Both the position numbers and the translations under genes were made by a program. From Candidatus Latescibacterota bacterium (GTDB taxonomy: Bacteria; Latescibacterota; UBA2968; GCA-2709665): a stretch of 64,000 nucleotides of DNA. Under the pieces are notes generated by a model. The model made no database searches. It was given only the letters and a program-made list of their open reading frames with translations, and was not told the origin of the DNA. The stretch covers positions 1 to 64,000 of the forward strand of contig OZ242358.1 in assembly GCA_965208835.1 (NCBI GenBank), written 5' to 3'. Shown piece after piece: positions 54,610-64,000 of this stretch; within the stretch, counting starts at the first letter, position 1, and the number at the start of each line of letters is the position of its first letter.

Positions 54610-55851
54610 ATGGCAAAGACATCCAAAAGGCGCTCCGGCGCCGCGGGAGCGGAAGGAAAAGCCAGGGGTTCTCGCCGAGTGAAAATGGCCCGCAGACGGC
54701 GACGAATGTCATTGCGCCTCTGGACACTGGCATTTGTGCTGGCGTTGGCGGCCGGACTGGCCGGGTGGATGCGGTGGCGCGCGGTCGTAGCCCCGACTTA
54801 CGAACCGAGTGTCGCGCTGACTCAACCGGAGCAATGGCGGACGCTTCCGGCGGGTCCGTTGGCGTTTGCAGATTCCGTGGCATCACAGGCGCCCGCTGTT
54901 CTGAAGGGACTCGGCGTTCCTGAAGGGGTCCTTTCCATCAGGCGGTCGAAGGCGCAGACCGACAGTACCGCCCGCTGGGTGATGACCTCCGACGTACCCG
55001 ACGGGCTGCCATTAGCGGTCTGCAACCTGCAACTGACCCGGCTTGCCCGGCGTCTGGGCGGCGACGTCGTTGAAGCCGTGGAAGACCGCAACGGCGCCAG
55101 GCTGTCGATGTACGTAGGCATGGATGGCGTCCGCACGAATCAGATCATATTGAAACGAAACGCCAGGCTTGTTCGATTGTCGGGCCGGGTCGCCATTATA
55201 GTAGTCGATTTCGGAGATCAGAACGAGGCGTTGATTCGCGGATTCTGCGCGTTGAAACAGACGATTACGTTCTCTGTCTTTCCAGGCCGGGAAAAAACCA
55301 CCTGGATTGCTGAACAGGCAGCCGCAGCCGGGCATGGCGTCATGGTGTATCTGTCGATGGAACCCCTGAGCTATCCTCGCCATGACCCGGGTCCAAACGC
55401 GGTGCTCATGGACCACTCACCGAAAAAAATCAGGACGTTGATTCGAATGGCGCGGGCGAACCTGCCTCAGGCAACCGGAATGAACAACCATATGGGATCG
55501 CGATTGACGGAGGACCCCACCGCAATCGGCAGAGTATTGAAAGAAATAGACCGCCATGGTCTCTTCTTCGTGGACAGCTTCACCAGTCCGCGCTCAATAG
55601 CATGGTCTGTCGCGGAGGTAATGGGAATGCCGGCCGGCCGGAACGCGAAGTTTCTGGATCAAGAGGACACACAGGAGGCGGTCGAAAAATCCGTCGAGGC
55701 CCTGGCGGAAATGGCTGGTATAACCGGGACGGTGATTGCCATTGGAAGCGCGAGGCCGGCCACACTCGCGGCGCTCGAACGCGTGCTGCCGAAGCTCGAA
55801 AAACGGGGAATCGAATTCGTCAGCGCCAGGAATGCCGTAACAGTCCGTTGA
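54610..55851 (+). CDS. divergent polysaccharide deacetylase family protein (YibQ-like), membrane-anchored
   Basis: N-terminal TM; MEP..YP..PG, GMNNHMGS, FFVDS.T, FLD. Confidence 0.85.
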   Translation: MAKTSKRRSGAAGAEGKARGSRRVKMARRRRRMSLRLWTLAFVLALAAGLAGWMRWRAVVAPTYEPSVALTQPEQWRTLPAGPLAFADSVASQAPAVLKGLGVPEGVLSIRRSKAQTDSTARWVMTSDVPDGLPLAVCNLQLTRLARRLGGDVVEAVEDRNGARLSMYVGMDGVRTNQIILKRNARLVRLSGRVAIIVVDFGDQNEALIRGFCALKQTITFSVFPGREKTTWIAEQAAAAGHGVMVYLSMEPLSYPRHDPGPNAVLMDHSPKKIRTLIRMARANLPQATGMNNHMGSRLTEDPTAIGRVLKEIDRHGLFFVDSFTSPRSIAWSVAEVMGMPAGRNAKFLDQEDTQEAVEKSVEALAEMAGITGTVIAIGSARPATLAALERVLPKLEKRGIEFVSARNAVTVR

Positions 55852-55925
55852 TAGAGTTGCTCCGCAGGCCAAGCCGATGAGGCCGAGGACAAGGCGCGCG
55901 TTCGGCGCTGGCATTCGCCGCGAGT
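55841..55925 (+). mobile_element. MITE family A, truncated copy 5
   Basis: cagtccgttgatagagttgctccgcagg...gacaaggcgcgcg; the right end is missing. Confidence 0.7.
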
Positions 55926-55964
55926 CCGATCATCGACCCGACCCTGTTCAGAATTCAATACCCG

Positions 55965-55993
55965 TTGACTTGCACTGAAACGCTTGGTATATT
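55965..55993 (+). promoter_or_regulatory. putative sigma70 promoter of the tgt operon
   Basis: TTGACT-17 bp-TATATT. Confidence 0.65.
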
Positions 55994-56067
55994 TGGGCTG
56001 CGCCAGGGCTGAAAACTGGGACATATCGCACTGCGGCAATCGCGTAACGAAGTCTTCGGTACCTTAA

Positions 56068-57449
<1,382 letters not shown>

Positions 57450-57474
57450 AGTGATTCTATCGTTCAGTTTATAA

Positions 57475-57660
57475 GAAGCTGTGTTAAAATTACCGGTGAG
57501 TTCCCGAGCGCGAGCGAAAAAGTGGCGGTCAAGGCGGGAAAACTCGCCTATGAGAGGCGAGCAGGCGCAGCCTCGATCTCGTAAGACGGGTGGGTTTGAC
57601 CAACGCCGACCGGCGCTTTTGCAGCCGCGCGAAGACCGCTGGGAATTTTAAGACGGCTTC
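57475..57660 (-). mobile_element. MITE family B copy between tgt and yajC
   Basis: gaagctgtgttaaaatt...aattttaagacggcttc; TAA duplication on both sides. Confidence 0.9.
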
Positions 57661-57690
57661 TAATACTGACTTTTTCAAGGAGGGTTACCT

Positions 57691-58017
57691 TTGTTTGGCG
57701 TAAGCGAAGCGTTCGCAATGGGCGGCCAGCCGACCGATGGGTCCAGCCCGGGATTTCTTGTGCAGATTTTTCCTTTGTTGTTGATGGTCATCGTCGTCTA
57801 CCTGTTGATCTTTCGCCCCCAGATCAAAAAACAGAAGGCGCAGCAGGCGATGATCGACAGCCTGAAAAAGGGCAATAAAATCGTAACGTCAGGAGGGCTT
57901 CACGGAACGATCGTGGGTATCAAGGACGAGGAGGGTATCCTGGTCGTACAGGTCGCCAAGGAAGTCCGCCTTCAGGTTGCCAGGGGATCGGTCTCCCGGG
58001 TTGTGGATGAAGAGTGA
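57691..58017 (+). CDS. yajC: preprotein translocase subunit YajC
   Basis: TM followed by IFRPQ.KKQK, LKKG..IVTSGGLHG; AGGAGG Shine-Dalgarno. Confidence 0.93.
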   Translation: MFGVSEAFAMGGQPTDGSSPGFLVQIFPLLLMVIVVYLLIFRPQIKKQKAQQAMIDSLKKGNKIVTSGGLHGTIVGIKDEEGILVVQVAKEVRLQVARGSVSRVVDEE

Positions 58018-58071
58018 TCGGGGACCTGACCGGGAATGGCACCGGGGATTCCGGCGGAATCGGGTCCCTGA

Positions 58072-59028
58072 TTGGAGACGGATGTGAAGCTGGTATTCAT
58101 GGGGACGCCCGACTTCGCTGTGCCGTCCCTGGACCGTCTGGCGGCTTGCGGCCACGAAATCGCCGCGGTCGTGACCCGGCCGGACCGGCCTCGGGGGCGA
58201 GGGCGGAAACTGGCGCCGCCTCCCGTGAAGACGGCCGCCCGCCGGTTGGGAATTCCGGTTATGCAGCCGCACTCTCTGGATGCCACGGACTTTCTGGATC
58301 GGCTTCGGCGCTTCGACGCGGATCTTTTCGTCGTGGTCGCGTTTGTCATATTGCCGCCTGTTGTGTTGAAGATTCCAAGGTTCGGCTCGGTGAACCTGCA
58401 TCCCTCCCTGTTGCCGAAGTATCGCGGGGCGGCGCCGATCAACTGGGCGATTATCCGGGGAGAAACCGAAACCGGAATAAGCGTATTCCGTCTGACCACG
58501 CGGGTGGACGCGGGGGATCTGCTGTTTCAGCAGGTCGTGGGGATCGGACAGGACGAAACGGCAGGAGAGCTCTCGGATCGGTTACGGACAATGGGGGCCG
58601 ATGCGCTTGCCGCCGTCGTCGACGGGCTGGAAAGAGACGAGTTGACATCGAAGCCGCAGCCCGACAAGGGGGTCACCCGGGCGCCGCGGCTGGACAAGGA
58701 GGACGGCCGGATCGACTGGACCTGCTGCGCGGCGTCGATCCGCAATCTCGTTCGCGGAACCAACCCGTTTCCGGGAGCGTTTACGACCTGGAGAGGCGAA
58801 TATCTGAAGGTGCATCGGGCAGAGGCCGCCCACGGAGCCGGGCTGCCCGGCGAGGTGATCGTGGCGGACGGGAGGAAGGGATGTGTGATAGCCGCCGGCG
58901 AAGGAACCCTCGCGATTGAAGAAGTGCAGCCGGCGGGCAAGGGACGGATGAGCGGCGCCGAACTGGTGCGCGGGTATCGGATTGAAGCCGGCGAGATCTT
59001 CGGAGACGCTGCTCGGAACTGCGAATAA
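58072..59028 (+). CDS. fmt: methionyl-tRNA formyltransferase
   Basis: VFMGTPDFAVPSL, NLHPSLLPKYRGAAPI, DAGD. Confidence 0.95.
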   Translation: METDVKLVFMGTPDFAVPSLDRLAACGHEIAAVVTRPDRPRGRGRKLAPPPVKTAARRLGIPVMQPHSLDATDFLDRLRRFDADLFVVVAFVILPPVVLKIPRFGSVNLHPSLLPKYRGAAPINWAIIRGETETGISVFRLTTRVDAGDLLFQQVVGIGQDETAGELSDRLRTMGADALAAVVDGLERDELTSKPQPDKGVTRAPRLDKEDGRIDWTCCAASIRNLVRGTNPFPGAFTTWRGEYLKVHRAEAAHGAGLPGEVIVADGRKGCVIAAGEGTLAIEEVQPAGKGRMSGAELVRGYRIEAGEIFGDAARNCE

Positions 59029-59084
59029 TTGACGTCACATCGGAAGAACAGGCAGTACATATTCTCGAAGGAGGTGTTGCGTTT

Positions 59085-59780
59085 ATGTTTCCACTCTTCT
59101 GGGACCCGACACTGATTCTTGTGATTCCGGGGTTCATCCTGGCGCTGTGGGCGCAGTTCAAGGTCAAGCGTACATTCGCCAGATATGATGAATTCGGTTC
59201 CCGAAGCGGTTGGACCGCGGACCAGGTCGCCCGTGATATTCTGCGGAGAGGCCGCGTTTCAGTGAAAGTGGAGAACGTGGGCGGCAAGCTGACCGATCAC
59301 TACGATCCGCGGGACCATACGCTGCGTCTGTCGGACAGCACATTCGGATCGCGTTCGCTCGCGGCCATCGGCGTGGCGGCGCATGAGGCCGGCCATGCGT
59401 TTCAGCACGCGCACGGGTACTTTCCCCTGAGCCTGCGGACGAATATCGTCCCGGTGGCCAATTTCGGCTCCTGGGTGGGTATGCCCCTGTTTTTTATCGG
59501 TTTTTTATTTCAATCCGGATTTATGCTTCAACTCGGCATCGTATTCTTTTCCTTCGCCGTCCTGTTCGGGCTCGTCACGCTGCCGGTGGAGTTCAATGCC
59601 AGCAGCAGGGCCATTGCCATTCTCCAGGACGGCGGATACCTGACCCGGGAAGAAATCCCCGCGGCCCGAAAGGTATTGAATGCTGCGGCCTGGACCTACG
59701 TCGCTTCGGCGCTGGTAGCGGTACTTTCCCTGTTTCGGATGTTGATCCTTTCCGGCTTTCTTGGCGGAAGCGACGAATAG
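59085..59780 (+). CDS. neutral zinc metallopeptidase (YugP-like)
   Basis: LTDHYDP, VAAHEAGHA, TLPVEFNAS.RA, AAAWTYVA. Confidence 0.92.
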   Translation: MFPLFWDPTLILVIPGFILALWAQFKVKRTFARYDEFGSRSGWTADQVARDILRRGRVSVKVENVGGKLTDHYDPRDHTLRLSDSTFGSRSLAAIGVAAHEAGHAFQHAHGYFPLSLRTNIVPVANFGSWVGMPLFFIGFLFQSGFMLQLGIVFFSFAVLFGLVTLPVEFNASSRAIAILQDGGYLTREEIPAARKVLNAAAWTYVASALVAVLSLFRMLILSGFLGGSDE

Positions 59781-59841
59781 AGTCCGGACTCTGAAACCAG
59801 GCGATAGCCTCAACGCCCGGGCTTATGTGAGGAGGGGAGCA

Positions 59842-60885
59842 ATGTATGATGTCGTAACCTTCGGGGAGGCGATGATCCGATTGTCGTCGCCGGAATACCG
59901 CCGGCTGGAGAATTCCATTAGTCTGGATGTCGAGATAGGCGGAGGCGAGTACAACGTGGCGGTTGCCTGCGCGCATCTGGGGCTGAATACGGCGTGGGTA
60001 TCCCGGCTGGTGGACAACTGGACAGGGTGGATCATTCGGAACAAGGGCCGGGAACACGGCGTGGACATGTCCAATATAGACTGGGTGGATTTTGACGGTG
60101 TCGGTTTCGAACGGAACGGGTTTTACCACGTCGAACTGGGCGTCGGGCCGCGTGCCAGCGCGGTGACGTACGACCGCGCGAATTCCGCGATTTCAAACAT
60201 CGAGCCCGGCATGGTGGACTGGAAGTCCATTTTCGAGGGCGCGAAATGGTTTCACGTGAGCGGCATCACGCCTGCACTTTCCGACAGTGCAGCAAATACG
60301 ACGATTGAAGCCCTGGAGGCGGCCAGCGAGGCCGGGGTAACGACGAGTTACGATTTGAACTTCCGGTCGAAGCTTTGGAGTTCGGAGAGAGCCCAGGAGA
60401 CCAGCAGCAGGATTGTTCCGCTGGTCAAGGTACTGATTGGCAACGAAGAGGACTTTGAAAAGGTCCTGGGGTTGAAGGCGGAGGGCTCGGAAGACGACTA
60501 CAGTCAACTGGACCCCGAAAGCTACAAGGACGTGGCGCGGCGGGCGGTCGAACGTTATCCCAATGTGGATTACGTGGGCACGACGCTGCGGGTTGCAAAG
60601 ACGGGACTGCTGAACGACTGGCGTACGCTCCTGTTCGACGGCGACGCGTTCTACCTGTCTCGAATCTTCGAGGATCTGGAAATGGTCGACCGCGTCGGAG
60701 GCGGGGACAGCTTCTCGGCGGGGTTGATATCCAGTCTGATCGAGGGGGTGGATCCCCAGTCGGCGGTTGATTTTGCGGGCGCGTATTCAGCCCTTGCACA
60801 TACCTTCCTGGGAGACGTAAACTGGGCGACGCGGGCGGAGGCGGAATCCGCCATGAAGGGCGCCGCGGCCAGAATCCGGCGGTAG
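59842..60885 (+). CDS. kdgK: 2-dehydro-3-deoxygluconokinase (PfkB family)
   Basis: VVTFGEAMIRL, GGGEYNVA, YDRANSA, SGITPAL, DLNFRSKLW, DRVGGGDSF. Confidence 0.88.
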   Translation: MYDVVTFGEAMIRLSSPEYRRLENSISLDVEIGGGEYNVAVACAHLGLNTAWVSRLVDNWTGWIIRNKGREHGVDMSNIDWVDFDGVGFERNGFYHVELGVGPRASAVTYDRANSAISNIEPGMVDWKSIFEGAKWFHVSGITPALSDSAANTTIEALEAASEAGVTTSYDLNFRSKLWSSERAQETSSRIVPLVKVLIGNEEDFEKVLGLKAEGSEDDYSQLDPESYKDVARRAVERYPNVDYVGTTLRVAKTGLLNDWRTLLFDGDAFYLSRIFEDLEMVDRVGGGDSFSAGLISSLIEGVDPQSAVDFAGAYSALAHTFLGDVNWATRAEAESAMKGAAARIRR

Positions 60886-60924
60886 AGTGCCGCTCGTGAT
60901 CGCACAGAAAGAGGAGAATACCGT

Positions 60925-61566
60925 ATGCCCGGCGTGCTGGATCGAATCATCGACTGCGGTGTGGTGGCGGTTCTGAGGGCGGACTCACCCACGGAACTGA
61001 TGGATGTATCCCGGGCGCTTCGGGAAGGCGGCGTGGTTGCCATTGAGGTGACAATGACCGTGCCGGGGGCGCTCAAGGTCATTGAGGAGGCGTCCGCGAA
61101 AATGGAGGACACCATCGTGGGCGTCGGATCCGTCCTGGATCCCGAGACGGCGCGCGCGGCCATTCTGGCAGGTGCGGAGTACGTCGTGGGCCCCACGCTG
61201 AATCCGGAAGTAATCACGATGGCAAAGCGCTACGGCAAAGTGGTGATGCCCGCCGGGTTCACGCCTACGGAGATTCTTGCCGCATGGCAGGCGGGGGCGG
61301 ATGTTGTCAAGGTTTTCCCTGCCGGTGTCGGCGGTCCTTCCTATTTCAAGGATGTAAAAGGGCCGCTGCCCCAGGTGCGACTGATGCCGACGGGCGGGGT
61401 GGACTCCAGGACGACGCCGGAGTTCATCAAGGCGGGCGCCTGCGCGGTGGGTGCCGGGAGCGCGATGGTGGATAAACGGGCGGTGGCGAAGAAGGACTGG
61501 GCCGCGTTAACGGCGACCGCCCGGGCCTTTGTGGATGCCGTGAAACAGGCGCGGGCCGAGATGTGA
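60925..61566 (+). CDS. eda: KDPG/KHG aldolase
   Basis: VAVLR, IEVT, TPTEI, VKVFP, MPTGGV. Confidence 0.93.
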   Translation: MPGVLDRIIDCGVVAVLRADSPTELMDVSRALREGGVVAIEVTMTVPGALKVIEEASAKMEDTIVGVGSVLDPETARAAILAGAEYVVGPTLNPEVITMAKRYGKVVMPAGFTPTEILAAWQAGADVVKVFPAGVGGPSYFKDVKGPLPQVRLMPTGGVDSRTTPEFIKAGACAVGAGSAMVDKRAVAKKDWAALTATARAFVDAVKQARAEM

Positions 61567-62501
61567 GCGCACTGGCGGTTGGCGTCGACCTGGGCGGAAC
61601 CAATACCCGCGCGGGCCTGGTGACGGACGCGGGAGAGATCGTCTCCCGGTTCCGATGTCCCACGCGGCCCGACCTGGGCAGCGATCATGTGATTTCCGGA
61701 ATCGCGAAGTGCGTCAGGCAGGTGCTTCGGAAAGCGGGCGGAGCGGAAGTGCGCGGCGTGGGCGTCGGTGCGCCGGGTCCGCTAGACCCCTTCAACGGCG
61801 TCATTATTTCTTCCGAGAATATGCCTTGCATGCACGGCGTACGGCTGAAAGACCGGCTTGAGGCAGCACTCGAAACGCCGGTGGTCGTGGATAACGATGC
61901 GAATCTCGCGGCATTTGGCGAACAATGGCAGGGCGCCGGCAGGAAGGCGCCTCATTTTTTGTGTGTGACGCTGGGCACGGGCGTGGGCGGCGGCTGGGTG
62001 TGCAACGGCGAATTGATGCATGGGTTCAACGGCAATGCGGCGGAGGTGGGCCACATCACCATCGACTGGAACGGACCCCGGTGCCCCTGCGGGAATTATG
62101 GATGTCTTGAGCTCTACGTCTCCGCTACCGCGATGGTAAGGCGGACCCGTGAGCGGCTGGAAACGGAAGCACCGGAAACCGCGCTGAACGCGAGGGGGCT
62201 GACGACGCAGGCCATTTTCGAGGCGGCCGAGGCGGGAGACGCGTTTGCCCGCGCCATGTTCGAAGAAACCGGGACGCTGCTGGGAATCGGGCTTGTGAGT
62301 CTGGTGAGCGTAACGAACGTGGAGGTGGTGGCGCTGTGCGGGGGGCTCGCGCGTGCAGGGGAACGGCTGTTTGCGCCTGCCAGAAGGACCTTTCAGGAAC
62401 GTGGTACGGTCGGGGTCAAGGAAAGGGTGCGGATTGTGGCGGGCATGCTGGGGGACGACGCGGGGATTCTTGGCGCGGCAAGACTGGCGATCGGGGCATG
62501 A
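61563..62501 (+). CDS. ROK family sugar kinase (glucokinase-like)
   Basis: DLGGT, NDANLAA, TLGTGVGGG, EVGH...CPCGNYGCLE. Confidence 0.92.
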   Translation: MSALAVGVDLGGTNTRAGLVTDAGEIVSRFRCPTRPDLGSDHVISGIAKCVRQVLRKAGGAEVRGVGVGAPGPLDPFNGVIISSENMPCMHGVRLKDRLEAALETPVVVDNDANLAAFGEQWQGAGRKAPHFLCVTLGTGVGGGWVCNGELMHGFNGNAAEVGHITIDWNGPRCPCGNYGCLELYVSATAMVRRTRERLETEAPETALNARGLTTQAIFEAAEAGDAFARAMFEETGTLLGIGLVSLVSVTNVEVVALCGGLARAGERLFAPARRTFQERGTVGVKERVRIVAGMLGDDAGILGAARLAIGA

Positions 62502-62504
62502 ATC

Positions 62505-62999
62505 GTGAAGCGCAATGCCTGGAACAGAAAAGTCGGCAATTCCGGCGGTGTGATTTCTGCCGCATTGACGCTCGCGTTCGCGGCGGGAATGGCTATTCTT
62601 ACAGGGGTCGTCCCGGCGGCTGCTGAAAGTCCGGATTCGACGGCCGTGGACAGTGTCCGGGAGGCCCAGACCCCGCGGGGGGCGATGTTACGGTCGCTGG
62701 CGTTGCCGGGATGGGGGCAGTTTTATAACCGCCGGCCCGTAAAGGGAAGCCTGATCGCCGCCGCGCAGGTGGGTTCCACGGTGGCGTTTTTTGTTCGCCG
62801 GAACCAGTTGAACAATCGCCCGTCGGTCGATGCATCGCTGGAACGGAATATCTTTCTGTATACGACGATCGGCCTTGTCCTGTTCAGTATGGGCGATGCG
62901 TATGTGGATGCGCATCTGGACCAGGTCGACTGGGAGGAGCCGCACGGACACGGTGAGGAAGGCCTGGAATTCCGTATGCGGTTCCGAATCCGATTCTGA
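62505..62999 (+). CDS. DUF5683-like membrane protein
   Basis: P..A.LRSL.LPGWGQFYN, DAYVDAHL. Confidence 0.75.
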   Translation: MKRNAWNRKVGNSGGVISAALTLAFAAGMAILTGVVPAAAESPDSTAVDSVREAQTPRGAMLRSLALPGWGQFYNRRPVKGSLIAAAQVGSTVAFFVRRNQLNNRPSVDASLERNIFLYTTIGLVLFSMGDAYVDAHLDQVDWEEPHGHGEEGLEFRMRFRIRF

Positions 63000-63035
63000 C
63001 GGACGCTACGATGTCTTTGTGTCCACGGAGCCCGG

Positions 63036-64000
63036 ATGATGGATAACCGGTTTCCATTTACCCGAATTGTTCGCGGCCTGCCGGCATCGGTGCCGTTCGT
63101 AGGGCCCGAAGCGCTGGAGCGCAGGCGCGGAGAACCCTTCAGGGTGAGGGTAGGGGCCAACGAAAGCGCTTTCGGGATTTCGCCGCTGGCGCGCGAGGCC
63201 ATGTTCCGTGCGGTCGATCGGTTGAGTTGGTACAACGATCCTGAAAACCACGAGATCCGCAGCGCAATTGCCGGATTCAACGGCGTCCCGTTCGAGAACG
63301 TCAGCGTAGGAAGCGGAATCGACGACCTGCTGGGGCTTGTCGTGCGGGTTTTTGTCGAGCCCGGAGAGAGGGTCGTTACATCCCTGGGCGCATACCCGAC
63401 GTTCAACTACCACGTAAACGGGTTTGGCGGCCTCCTGCACTTCGTGCCTTACCGGAATGACAGAAACGATCTGGAGGGACTGGCCGATGCCGCCGCGGAA
63501 ACCGATGCCCGGCTGGTGTACCTGTCCAATCCGGACAACCCCACGGGCACCTGGCACCCGGCGGCGAATATCCTGGCATTTGAGAGAACGCTTCCGGATC
63601 GGTGCCTGCTGATTCTGGATGAAGCATATTCAGAGTTCGCAACACAGGACGCGCTGCCGGCTATGGCGCCGATCAGGCCGCGCGTCATTCGTATGCGCAC
63701 GTTTTCCAAGGCGCACGGGATGGCCGGCGCGCGGATCGGATACGCGGTTGCGGACGCGGTCGTTGTGGAGGCCCTGGAGAAGGTACGGCACCACTATGGT
63801 GTGAATCGAGTGGCACAGGCCGGAGCACTCGCATCGCTTGGGGATACGGAATTCGTGGCGAACGTGGTCAGGTCGGTTGCGGAAGGACGGACGGATTATG
63901 CGCTTCTGGGAGAAAGGCTTGGTTTGCCCACGCTGCCTTCGGCCACGAACTTCGTCGCCTTCGATGCCGGAACGGCGGATCGCGCGAATACGATTCTGGA
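63036..64000 (+). CDS. class I/II PLP aminotransferase, HisC-like (truncated by the window end)
   Basis: read directly from DNA: GANESAFG, YLSNPDNPTG, LDEAY, RTFSKAHGMAGARIG. Confidence 0.88.
   Translation, partial: MMDNRFPFTRIVRGLPASVPFVGPEALERRRGEPFRVRVGANESAFGISPLAREAMFRAVDRLSWYNDPENHEIRSAIAGFNGVPFENVSVGSGIDDLLGLVVRVFVEPGERVVTSLGAYPTFNYHVNGFGGLLHFVPYRNDRNDLEGLADAAAETDARLVYLSNPDNPTGTWHPAANILAFERTLPDRCLLILDEAYSEFATQDALPAMAPIRPRVIRMRTFSKAHGMAGARIGYAVADAVVVEALEKVRHHYGVNRVAQAGALASLGDTEFVANVVRSVAEGRTDYALLGERLGLPTLPSATNFVAFDAGTADRANTIL

Noticed and set aside
56000-56062. Degenerate tRNA-Leu or preQ1 riboswitch upstream of tgt
   Set aside because: No cloverleaf, T-loop or preQ1 consensus could be built from the sequence.

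Overview
A GC-rich bacterial chromosomal segment with about 53 CDS and no rRNA, tRNA, CRISPR array, integrase or transposase. The gene content suggests a Latescibacterota/Gemmatimonadota-like organism, possibly a marine-sponge symbiont; this is inference from three PhyH dioxygenases, ankyrin and plant-type LRR proteins, cohesin/dockerin and FlgD-Ig sorting domains, a PorV-like barrel, and heparinase- and sulfatase-like enzymes. Housekeeping genes include gltA, polA, proS, tgt, yajC, fmt, kdgK and eda. The intergenic DNA is dense in non-coding repeats: three MITE families (one nested inside another, and two copies supplying a start or stop codon to host genes), REP-like hairpins, complementary heptamer tracts and a hierarchical 13-unit tandem array at 47.7-48.2 kb. 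The best candidate for an undescribed system is an AT-rich module after proS (35345-36366). It has a sigma70-type promoter with a palindrome in its spacer, a DUF2188 ORF enclosed by a 5'/3' long-range RNA stem, a second pairing that could mask both translation starts, and a divergent ClpP-like protease gene. The second candidate is a non-cellulolytic cohesin-dockerin cluster carrying LRR and orphan Cache domains (10.9-16.3 kb). All family calls come from motif recognition by eye; no database searches were run.
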